From the NCBI GenBank assembly GCA_016784965.1, contig JADHTQ010000004.1, forward strand, positions 17,990 to 81,989: DNA of 64,000 bases. Direction: 5' to 3'. The position numbers and the translations under genes are program-made. Below the pieces are notes generated by a model. That model saw nothing but the letters and a program-made list of their open reading frames with translations, did not search any database and was not told the DNA's origin. Numbering within the stretch: the first letter of the stretch is position 1; each line of letters begins with the position of its first letter. This document shows, in pieces, positions 22,031-29,925 of this stretch. Source of the stretch: Bacteriovoracaceae bacterium. Its GTDB lineage: Bacteria > Bdellovibrionota > Bacteriovoracia > Bacteriovoracales > Bacteriovoracaceae.

Positions 22031-24009
22031 ATACCTCAAATCTTCTTTTTTGTTCAATGCTTTTATTGCTAAGCTCTAGGCTGCTTGCCGGTGGAGAGCT
22101 GCAGTTGCGCTATAAATTTAGAACAAAAGTAATTTCACCATCGATCACAACAAGATGTGGTACTGATATTTGTGTATATAGCTTGTACAACAATCAAATT
22201 ATTAGGCTTGATAAAAACTCGGGGAAAGTAAAGTACAACATTGATCTAGGCAAAAGGATATCTAACAATTTTAAAGCGACTGCTATCGAATTCTTGCAAA
22301 ATAGTTTTCTAATTGCAGGAGTATTAAAATCTGACCCAAAAAGCTATCCTCTCTACCTGTTACCTCTAACTGATAGTGCAAAAAAAATCACTTGGCCAGG
22401 TGAGCAAAAAACCCATATTAGAGATATTAACTGCACCCAAAGAGGTTGCTTGCTGTTTGCAAACAAAGTCCATATCAGCAAAAACCAAAAAAATTGGCAA
22501 GTGTTCTCTATTCCACGAAGTGTTGACATATTGCCGGTTGGCGGCGATCTAAAGAGCAACCCATTTTTTAATTGGCAAGAAAAATTTATCGTAAGCAGAG
22601 GGAGGTATACAAGTAGTACCACGGATAATGATAATAACTTATTTGTTTTAAACTCCCTACGCAGCACTGTTGCATTTACAGATGATTCAAAGTGGGATAA
22701 CTGGAAAAAATGGGGAAAGTGGGGCGTTTGGGAAGGACAAATGATGTCTCCTAAGGCCATAGCCTACCTTAATAACTACAATGCTGTAGCAGTCGCCGAC
22801 TCCGGTCTCAAATTCATTTTTGTCTTCGATAGACAAGGCCTATATATCGGTAAAATTTCTAGCAATCCAGATAATGAAAGGCGCTTTTTATATCCTATTG
22901 ATGTGGTGGCCATTAATGATGATCTGTTTGTCGCAGATTTTTTTGCTGGTGAGCTGATTGCAATCAATATTGTTAGTCTCACTAAACCAGATAACAAAAG
23001 GCCAAAAACTGTAGACGAATTTCTCCACAAAGACTTACTAAAAGACCTACTAGACACTCCACAAGCAAAACTTAATTACTCTAAAGAAAAATGTCTAGCT
23101 TGCCATGATGGCTCTGAGAGTTTTAACTTAGATAAGTTTGTAGGTATAAAAAATCACCACCCAATAAATGTTGAAGTAAAATCAACAATTAGCTTGCCTT
23201 TAAAAGATGGAAAGTTCATCGCTTGTAATACATGTCACGATCAACATCACGACAAAACTTTGCGCAAAGAATATAAGAGTCTATGCCTTACATGCCACCA
23301 GGATAAAGCTAAACAATCTTCCAATCATTTCAACCTAAACCTGGATTTAAAGTCAAAATTAGTGCCAGGGAAAAAAGTTTCAACTTGTAAGTCGTGTCAC
23401 GCTATCCATGAAAGTGAACATAACCTAAAAATAAAAACTAACTCCCAGTTATGCTTAGACTGTCATGGAACAAAGCAAGCACCAATCTCCCATCCTTTTA
23501 AAGAAGATCACGTCCATTGCCTATCATGTCACGCACTCCATGGAGCAAAAAAATCACATAAATTTGCAAGGCATTCCAAGCCAGAAGTTAGTGATACCTG
23601 TGTAACTTGTCACTATCAGCTAAAAGTTCACCTGGGCAAAAATAAGCATTTATCTAAAAAAGATGGAAAAGTTGCCCATCCCTGGCCAGGTGGTGAAGGC
23701 GTTTGTATGGATTGTCATAATCCCCACAAGCGTAAAAAGACGGTTAAAAAACTATGTCTTAGCTGTCATAAAGACAAAAAAAGAAGCCATGTCAAAAATA
23801 ACATTATCAGTAAAACAAAAAGGGCGAAAACGGTAAAACTTGATAAGGGTCAAATGAGCTGTTTTACATGTCACAACCACCACGGAATAAGTGAGAATAA
23901 AAAATTCATAAACAACAAAAAAGATATTTTAGGGTTTTGTTCAAGCTGCCATGGGGCGAAGTCCTCTAAACTACTTAATAATTATCATAAAAGATTAAAA
24001 AGAAAGTGA
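22027..24009 (+). CDS. NHL/beta-propeller-like domain fused to an undecahaem c-type cytochrome
   Basis: ATG at 22027 forms an ATGA overlap with the upstream stop, followed by a signal peptide. The N-terminal ~330 aa has NHL-like strands (YPIDVVAINDDLFVADFFAGELIAINI). The C-terminal half has 11 CXXCH motifs, many in CxxCHxxH paired context. Confidence 0.75.
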   Translation: MNTSNLLFCSMLLLLSSRLLAGGELQLRYKFRTKVISPSITTRCGTDICVYSLYNNQIIRLDKNSGKVKYNIDLGKRISNNFKATAIEFLQNSFLIAGVLKSDPKSYPLYLLPLTDSAKKITWPGEQKTHIRDINCTQRGCLLFANKVHISKNQKNWQVFSIPRSVDILPVGGDLKSNPFFNWQEKFIVSRGRYTSSTTDNDNNLFVLNSLRSTVAFTDDSKWDNWKKWGKWGVWEGQMMSPKAIAYLNNYNAVAVADSGLKFIFVFDRQGLYIGKISSNPDNERRFLYPIDVVAINDDLFVADFFAGELIAINIVSLTKPDNKRPKTVDEFLHKDLLKDLLDTPQAKLNYSKEKCLACHDGSESFNLDKFVGIKNHHPINVEVKSTISLPLKDGKFIACNTCHDQHHDKTLRKEYKSLCLTCHQDKAKQSSNHFNLNLDLKSKLVPGKKVSTCKSCHAIHESEHNLKIKTNSQLCLDCHGTKQAPISHPFKEDHVHCLSCHALHGAKKSHKFARHSKPEVSDTCVTCHYQLKVHLGKNKHLSKKDGKVAHPWPGGEGVCMDCHNPHKRKKTVKKLCLSCHKDKKRSHVKNNIISKTKRAKTVKLDKGQMSCFTCHNHHGISENKKFINNKKDILGFCSSCHGAKSSKLLNNYHKRLKRK

Positions 24010-24016
24010 ACATTTT

Positions 24017-24181
24017 ATGACTAAAAACTTAGAACACATTCTATCAACAATATTGGCAAAAAAGACTAACAGAATTTTACTGGCCATTGTTTCTGTCGGG
24101 TTGGGCCTATTTATATCTTTATTTACGGTGTTTCAAGTTCTATTTTTGGCCAAAGTTCTTCCCCATGGAGGTCTTTGGTGA
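24017..24181 (+). CDS. unannotated 54-aa single-pass membrane protein
   Basis: Below the ORF-track size cutoff. ATG at 24017, 8 nt after the preceding stop. Translation is MTKNLEHILSTILAKKTNRILLAIVSVGLGLFISLFTVFQVLFLAKVLPHGGLW, with one clear TM helix. Its TGA overlaps the GTG at 24178 of the next gene (GTGA). Confidence 0.5.
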   Translation: MTKNLEHILSTILAKKTNRILLAIVSVGLGLFISLFTVFQVLFLAKVLPHGGLW

Positions 24182-24906
24182 AACCAATTTGGAAACATAC
24201 CATAACAATCTTCAAGTATATGCTGCCCTTTTTGGCCTTTGGCGCCCTACTTGGAGTCTATCCTGGCTATAAAGTTTACGAGCATGTTTGGAAAGACTCC
24301 AGCTTTTGTTTTAACTGCCACGTTCACGATTATGCTCATGTATCATGGACCCAAAGCTCTCACAAGGAGTTAACCACTTGCCACGATTGTCACCATCAGC
24401 CCTTGAAGGCCTATATGCTAGATGCTTACCATTATTTTATTCATGGTGCAAAATTCCCTAGAGACTTAGATCATGTTCCTCATGTTCCCAAAGATATCTG
24501 TGAAGCATGTCACTTAACCAACCCAAAAGATACCTCAACAATTACAGGTCCACTTTCGATGGACGAGATAAAGAAACTACCAAAGGTAGACCAGAAATAT
24601 CTACACAGGGTACACCTGGCAAAGAAAGTAAAACTAAAACTTTTCAAAGAATATAAAATGGGTATGAAAGAGAGAAGGGCCGAAGAAGTTGTCCTTCCCC
24701 TAACCACTCAAAAAGCAGACAAGGCAAGGCCCGTTACCTGTTCTGATTGTCATGGAGGCCTTCCCAATCGTGGACACAATTTTTCAGTAGCGGATAACTC
24801 ATGCTTACGATGCCATCCAAAAATTCACAATACCAAAATGGGGCAAAAATATGGATGTCGAAATTGTCATTTTCAAGACTTCATTAAACTATATGAGAGG
24901 AAATAA
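24178..24906 (+). CDS. NapC/NirT/NrfH-like membrane-anchored multihaem quinol dehydrogenase (six CXXCH)
   Basis: N-terminal TM helix (YMLPFLAFGALLGVYPGY) is followed directly by CFNCH, as in the NapC/NirT family. Five further CXXCH motifs follow (CHDCH, CEACH, CSDCH, CLRCH, CRNCH). Start is non-ATG: GTG at 24178 or TTG at 24175. Confidence 0.65.
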   Translation: MKPIWKHTITIFKYMLPFLAFGALLGVYPGYKVYEHVWKDSSFCFNCHVHDYAHVSWTQSSHKELTTCHDCHHQPLKAYMLDAYHYFIHGAKFPRDLDHVPHVPKDICEACHLTNPKDTSTITGPLSMDEIKKLPKVDQKYLHRVHLAKKVKLKLFKEYKMGMKERRAEEVVLPLTTQKADKARPVTCSDCHGGLPNRGHNFSVADNSCLRCHPKIHNTKMGQKYGCRNCHFQDFIKLYERK

Positions 24907-25706
24907 TGAATAAATTAATATTGATATTAGTAGTGACATTTTTTTGTATTCAACAAGTATTTGCTGACCAAAAGTTTGTCTATAAGGCCCGCAAGTCATT
25001 TGTTTTTTCTGCTAAATTTATTTATACCGTAAAAGAGTCGCAAATTGATCAAACAAAAGTTAAAACCGTAGAGACTTCAGGCAACATAAAGGCATTTGGA
25101 ATTTCAGTATCTACAATTCAACACCGAAGCATCAACAATCACAGCGACTTTCTTCCAGTTATCAACACCCAGTGTGATATTTCATCTGATCGCAAAAAGT
25201 GCTATTCACAAAAATTTACAACTCTGCCTAACGATCCCTACACTACTGTCTTAAAAGAAGATGGGCTCTATTTATTTAGACAACACAATGACGAACCATT
25301 TGGTCTTAAAAACTTCGATGAAACTTTTGCCAACACTCAATCTGTAGATATCGCACACTTTTATCCAAGTTTTGATCCACTCACCGATAGGTTACATGAT
25401 TTTTCCTCAATTATACTAACGGCCAAAGACTTACAGTTATCAAATCAGTGGCCAGAATCATATGCTTTCATTGCAAACCAAGAAAATGTGGTCAAAATTA
25501 AGTTCACTCTAGTAAAACAAAGCAATAACTTGCAAGAAATTAAATTAGATATTGTGCCCTCACCCAATGTTGAAGTGAGGGCCAAAAACCTTCCCAATAA
25601 GATTCTTTTGGATACTAAAAAAGGGGTCGTATTACAAATTCACGGCAATGTCCCAAAAGCTGGTGCATATACCCTCAAACTTGATAAATCAGCAAGCTCT
25701 TATTGA
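24906..25706 (+). CDS. secreted hypothetical protein, last gene of the cytochrome operon
   Basis: TAATG 1-nt overlap with the upstream stop. Signal peptide MNKLILILVVTFFCIQQVFA. No haem motifs. Confidence 0.5.
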   Translation: MNKLILILVVTFFCIQQVFADQKFVYKARKSFVFSAKFIYTVKESQIDQTKVKTVETSGNIKAFGISVSTIQHRSINNHSDFLPVINTQCDISSDRKKCYSQKFTTLPNDPYTTVLKEDGLYLFRQHNDEPFGLKNFDETFANTQSVDIAHFYPSFDPLTDRLHDFSSIILTAKDLQLSNQWPESYAFIANQENVVKIKFTLVKQSNNLQEIKLDIVPSPNVEVRAKNLPNKILLDTKKGVVLQIHGNVPKAGAYTLKLDKSASSY

Positions 25707-25855
25707 TTCACATAAATTGGATACTGTATATGCAGAGATACGGATTTAATGTCAAATACATCAACCAACGTAACTGGTCGCATTTTTAGAGTTATAGAAT
25801 AAAAAACAGGCAGTTTTTCTCTTTTTATAATGAGTTTTTTACTCTCTAGTTTATC

Positions 25856-25901
25856 ATCGAATGTTCCCAAATTTGGGTACCCAAAAATGGGAACATTCGA
25901 T
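25856..25901. repeat. 46-bp near-perfect palindrome between convergent genes
   Basis: ATCGAATGTTCCCA-AA-TTTGGGTACCCAAA-AA-TGGGAACATTCGAT: 14-nt outer arms are exact reverse complements and the inner 14-mer is self-complementary. No T-tract follows. Confidence 0.8.
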
Positions 25902-26014
25902 TATGAAATAGAAGCAAAATAAGCTTTCTTCATGCAGTATGAAATGTTTCCTGAAATAACCTGATTGATGATAGTAAAGTCGTTCTATGATTTAAGTAAT
26001 TATACGTAAAAGCC

Positions 26015-26275
26015 TTATGCCTTTTTGTCGCTTATAAATACTTTTCTAAGAACATCATTAATTAGAGAAGTGTAAGAAACATTATTCTTTTTTGCGATAC
26101 TTCTAATTGTCTCAAGTAGGTCTGCGTCAAAATTAGCGGTAATTTTTTCCTTGGTTGGCTTACTAAAACAAGGGAGCGACTTAATATCAATGTCTATTTT
26201 TCCAAAATAACTATCTGACATATTGTCTACCTTATTCAAAGCATTTTTCAAGTTAGGTTTATTTCTTTTTGCCAT
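26015..26275 (-). CDS. ribbon-helix-helix antitoxin-like protein (BrnA/CopG-like)
   Basis: The C-terminal ITANFDADLLETIRSIAKKNNVSYTSLINDVLRKVF matches the BrnA/RHH pattern (beta strand, helix, helix). GGGAGG lies 6 nt before the ATG. Overlaps the upstream small gene by 17 nt. Confidence 0.6.
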   Translation of the reverse strand: MAKRNKPNLKNALNKVDNMSDSYFGKIDIDIKSLPCFSKPTKEKITANFDADLLETIRSIAKKNNVSYTSLINDVLRKVFISDKKA

Positions 26276-26516
26276 GAAGGACCTCCCACTGATTCATTAA
26301 GAGATCATAGTTTCTGTAAACATATCTGATGATCCCTTTAACCGATTTTTTAGAAAACCTGGTCTTTCCCGATACTTCCAAGGTTTCTAGATATATCTTT
26401 ACTTCGGCATTGTCTCCTTTAGAGATAATATGTACATGTGGAGAACCATGTTCACGAGGGGGAGAATATACCTTTATTTGCCATTTATTGTTTTCTAAAA
26501 CGGTTCTTGTTTTCAC
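26259..26516 (-). CDS. DUF4160-family small protein (toxin-like partner)
   Basis: IKVYSPPREHGSPHVHIISKGDNAEVKIYLETLEVSG...NYDLLMNQWEVLHG follows the DUF4160 pattern (H-x-PPHxH, then a helical C-terminus ending in W). The ORF has no ATG. Candidate starts are GTG at 26516, or TTG at 26594 / GTG at 26591, and none has a clear SD. Confidence 0.55.
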   Translation of the reverse strand: MKTRTVLENNKWQIKVYSPPREHGSPHVHIISKGDNAEVKIYLETLEVSGKTRFSKKSVKGIIRYVYRNYDLLMNQWEVLHGKKK

Positions 26517-26785
26517 TGATAAATTATACCATATATTAATATGGCATTCAAGACATATATTGTTCCATATAAAGGTATGGCTGTATGGCACCAAGGTTTA
26601 TGAAATAACAGTAGCTTGGTAGTAAATTAGCTCTATGAAAAAAGTACAATTACACAGTGTTTTTCCTATTAACATAAATACATCAAAGAAAAGTTAAAGG
26701 TGGCAACCTAACTTTTTATTTTAAGTATAGGGCCTAACCGACAAAAAGTATTTTGTTTGGTTCTTGTTACTTATTAAGATTAACT

Positions 26786-27088
26786 CTAATTCTCAACTTG
26801 TAATTTTGTTTCCAACTCTACGATACGGTCCTCAAGAGTATTTATCGTTTTTATCATTTTTTGCATAACTTTTATTAAGCTATGAATGTCGGGCACTTCT
26901 ACTGTTGATATTGGTGACCAACTACAGAGATGTCCGTTAATTCCTGAATCAAAATCAGAAACATACTTCCAATTAGTACATGGATTAAAGCGATGATAAG
27001 TTACCACGTCCTCGCCAATAAGTTGTTCTTGAGCAAACACAGAGGTTGAAGTCAATAGTAAAAAAGCTGCAATTAATAATTGTTTCAT
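26786..27088 (-). CDS. small secreted protein with a C-terminal helical segment
   Basis: Signal peptide MKQLLIAAFLLLTSTSVFAQE and AAGGAG RBS. The C-terminal LIKVMQKMIKTINTLEDRIVELETKLQ is heptad-like. Confidence 0.5.
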   Translation of the reverse strand: MKQLLIAAFLLLTSTSVFAQEQLIGEDVVTYHRFNPCTNWKYVSDFDSGINGHLCSWSPISTVEVPDIHSLIKVMQKMIKTINTLEDRIVELETKLQVEN

Positions 27089-27516
27089 CTTTTGTCTCCT
27101 TGGTAAAATGTACTAAAATGGTCACTCACAAAAACTGTAAAGTCAAAATTATTTTAGCTTTACTACCCAAGTAATCGCCTTAAATTATGGCCTTGCTAGG
27201 CAAAATAATCCTGGTGTCAAGATGAAACCACTTGTAAATTTCACACTCTCAACACACTGCTCAGCCCTTAATAAATGACTACTTAGCCCTACAGTTCGAT
27301 TAAAGGCGCCTGTAGGCCTTTATTGGCCCAAAATTGTATTCACCTGAATACTTTTCTATGTATAATTATCTAGACTCTTATAAAGATCTCAAGGGGAGGG
27401 GGTTTTTAAAAAAAAGTTTAACAATTATCAAATGGCGTATTTTAAGGAGGATTACAAACACGCATTAAAAAACTTTTAATTAAAAACAATGATCATAAAT
27501 AGGAAGGAGTCTTATT

Positions 27517-29037
27517 ATGTTAAAAAAAATGGCGCTTGTATTTTTGCTTCCATTTGTTTTTTACAGCTGTGGCAAAGAGGAAATATCCAAGGAAAATTTA
27601 AAACTTAATCTCTCAGGTATTATTGTCGGTGACCTTGACTGGACTAGCATCACTACCCTGCCCACCACTGATCCAAAACGGATTGTAGGAAGTGCTGTTG
27701 GTGATGTGGCAATTCCAGCAAGAGGAACTAGGTGTACTGGCTTTTTAATTACTCCCAATGTTGTAATGACAAATCAACATTGTATTAGGTCTGCCAGTGA
27801 CGCAGAAGGTGTAACAGTTGCTTTTAAACACCTCGAAGGAGTGTCTGAAAGTAATTGGGAAAAGATTGATTGTAGTACTTTTATTGGTAACAATACAACG
27901 TTGGACTTTGCACTGCTTGAGTGTGTCGGGAATCCTGGAGAACGCTTTGGTGTAGCTTCTTTGGCATCAAGAGAAGCTGTGGTAGATGAATCAATTTATG
28001 TCGTTCAACAAAACTGTGATTATTATAATGACAGAGACTGTGATTGGAGTAAAAAGTTTTCGCTGGGAAAAGTGCTCGAAGTTGATGATGAAGTATCTCA
28101 TAATGCAGATACTCTCGGTGGCTCTTCTGGTAGCCCTGTTTTATCTGCACAGGACAATCTGGTAATAGCTATCCACCATGCAGGCTATGGCAACAATGGT
28201 TATGGCCGTGGATATAAAAACACCGGTGTTGCTATGTCATCTATTGTGCCCGTTTTAATTGCTAACTACCCCCAGTTAAACTTAGGAGGTACAGATCCTG
28301 TGGACCCCGTTGATCCGGTTGATCCGGTAGACCCAGTCGATCCACCACCTACAGATCAAACAGAACCCAATAATGATTCGCAATCGGCAACATTGATCAG
28401 TAGTACTCCGGCAGAGATTACAGACAAGGCCATTGATGAAAGTGGTGACCTCGATTACTACAAAGTGGTAATTGATGGCAGTGGCAAACTAACTGTAAAT
28501 TTAAGCTTTACTCACAGAAATGGTGATCTTGATTTAAAAATCTTAGATGCAAGCAAGAGCGTTGTGGGCACTTCTGCAGGAGTTAAAAACTCGGAAAAAA
28601 TTGAAATTGATGTCGAGTCTGGCGAGTATTTTATCATGGTTTATGGTTACAGAGATGCCGCAGGTGCATATCAACTCAATGTCGATACCCAGCTTACAGT
28701 GGTAACAAATGATGAGCCAAACGATTCAAGGGAAACGGCAACCAAAGTCGCTCTGCCTTATAGTGGGACTGAAAAAGAGATTCATGATAGCAGTGATGTG
28801 GATTATTATAAGTTTACTATAGGAAGCGCAAAATCTGTCTCTGCGAAGATCATGTTTTCCCATAGTGTCGGAGACCTTGATTTAAAACTATACAACAGCA
28901 GCAATAAGCTTGTAGCAAGTAGTACCAGTGTCAAAAATGAGGAAAAGATTGTTAAGTTTTTGGCAGCTGGAAGCTACTATCTTCGTGTATATGGATACAG
29001 AGGGGCAGTAGGCGAGTATGACATGCTGCTAGAGTAA
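27517..29037 (+). CDS. secreted trypsin-fold serine endopeptidase (V8/Glu-specific-like) with two PPC (pre-peptidase C-terminal) domains
   Basis: TGFLITPNVVMTNQHC (catalytic His) and GGSSGSPV (catalytic Ser). A (PVD)5 linker. Two ~100-aa modules start with EPNNDSQSAT / EPNDSRETAT and contain DLDYYK / DVDYYKF and GDLDLK motifs. AGGAAGGAG RBS and lipobox-like FYSC. Confidence 0.75.
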   Translation: MLKKMALVFLLPFVFYSCGKEEISKENLKLNLSGIIVGDLDWTSITTLPTTDPKRIVGSAVGDVAIPARGTRCTGFLITPNVVMTNQHCIRSASDAEGVTVAFKHLEGVSESNWEKIDCSTFIGNNTTLDFALLECVGNPGERFGVASLASREAVVDESIYVVQQNCDYYNDRDCDWSKKFSLGKVLEVDDEVSHNADTLGGSSGSPVLSAQDNLVIAIHHAGYGNNGYGRGYKNTGVAMSSIVPVLIANYPQLNLGGTDPVDPVDPVDPVDPVDPPPTDQTEPNNDSQSATLISSTPAEITDKAIDESGDLDYYKVVIDGSGKLTVNLSFTHRNGDLDLKILDASKSVVGTSAGVKNSEKIEIDVESGEYFIMVYGYRDAAGAYQLNVDTQLTVVTNDEPNDSRETATKVALPYSGTEKEIHDSSDVDYYKFTIGSAKSVSAKIMFSHSVGDLDLKLYNSSNKLVASSTSVKNEEKIVKFLAAGSYYLRVYGYRGAVGEYDMLLE

Positions 29038-29046
29038 ATTAATTTT

Positions 29047-29087
29047 ATGCGTGTAAAATAGATCTAGTTATGCTATTTTGCACGCAT
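29047..29087 (+). promoter_or_regulatory. 14-bp-stem hairpin whose 3' arm includes the first two bases of the PHP gene start codon
   Basis: ATGCGTGTAAAATA (29047-29060) pairs with TATTTTGCACGCAT (29074-29087), giving 13 Watson-Crick pairs plus one G-U with a 13-nt loop. The ATG of the next CDS begins at 29086. Confidence 0.5.
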
Positions 29088-29925
29088 GTCACAAAAGTTT
29101 GCCGATTTACATATTCACACCGTTTTTTCTGACGGACAAAGTACTCCTGAAGAAATTGTGCAACTTGCAAAACAAAATAACCTACAGGCCATTGCCATTT
29201 CTGATCACGATACATTTGGTGCACTAGAGAGGGCAAAGGCGTGTGCTGGTGACGACTTGATGATCATTCCCGCAGTTGAGTTATCTACAGAGCAGGATCA
29301 AAATGATATCCATATCTTGGCCTATTTTGTAGATCACAACAATACACTTTTGGCCAAAGAGGTGGAGGCCTTTCGGGAGACCAGAACCACAAGGGCCAAA
29401 AAAATGGTCCAAAAATTAAATGAGTTAATGAATATTCCTATCGACTACGCCCTGGTATTAAAGTTTGCTGGCAGTGGAGCTGTGGGGCGGCCACACATTG
29501 CCAGAGCACTCATCGATATGAAGGTAACTGAAACTTTTCAAGAAGCATTCACAAAATACTTAGGTGTTGACTCTCCAGCATACTTTCCAAAGCATAAAAT
29601 AACCCCCCAAAAGGCCATTGAACTAATTAAACAAGCGGGAGGGATACCAGTTTGGGCCCATCCAGGCACCAATCAAGTTGATCATATGTTGGAAGATTTT
29701 GTTTCTCATGGATTAATGGGGATTGAGGCTTACCACTACACCCATTATGTTGGCGAAAGTATCGATCACTACATCCATCTTGCTAACAAATTTGACCTGC
29801 TCATTACCGGAGGATCTGATTTCCACGGAAAAGCAACAGATCACTATGATCCAGAGTTTGGAGTTACCAAAGCTGATTTTGACCGCTTAATGAATAAATA
29901 CAACAGTCTAAGCAAGTTAAAGTGA
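29086..29925 (+). CDS. PHP-domain metal-dependent phosphoesterase (TrpH/YciV-like)
   Basis: ADLHIHTVFSDG N-terminal PHP motif, ISDHDT, WAHPG and GGSDFHG motifs, 279 aa. Confidence 0.75.
   Translation: MSQKFADLHIHTVFSDGQSTPEEIVQLAKQNNLQAIAISDHDTFGALERAKACAGDDLMIIPAVELSTEQDQNDIHILAYFVDHNNTLLAKEVEAFRETRTTRAKKMVQKLNELMNIPIDYALVLKFAGSGAVGRPHIARALIDMKVTETFQEAFTKYLGVDSPAYFPKHKITPQKAIELIKQAGGIPVWAHPGTNQVDHMLEDFVSHGLMGIEAYHYTHYVGESIDHYIHLANKFDLLITGGSDFHGKATDHYDPEFGVTKADFDRLMNKYNSLSKLK

Noticed and set aside
22353-23057. 135-aa and 93-aa minus-strand ORFs within the NHL-cytochrome gene
   Set aside because: They are shadow ORFs opposite a gene whose frame is fixed by a signal peptide, ATGA coupling and 11 CXXCH motifs downstream.
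24087-24272. 61-aa ORF on the track between the cytochrome genes
   Set aside because: It is out of frame with both better-supported genes: the 54-aa TM peptide at 24017..24181 and the NapC-like gene from 24178. It overlaps both.
25707-27516. Mobile element or prophage remnant at the accessory islet
   Set aside because: No integrase, transposase, terminal inverted repeats or flanking direct repeats could be found by eye. Only a TA-like pair, a palindrome and a small secreted protein are present.
27089-27516. Possible tRNA or ncRNA in the 430-nt gap upstream of the protease
   Set aside because: No cloverleaf-compatible segments or conserved T-loop (GTTCRANYC) were found. Only a short 6-bp hairpin (AAAGGC/GCCTTT) is present, so the support is insufficient.
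28294-28343. 9-nt periodic GATCC(N)GT(N) repeat considered as a tandem repeat or CRISPR-like signal
   Set aside because: It is in frame within the protease gene and encodes a (PVD)5 linker. It has no spacers and no array structure.
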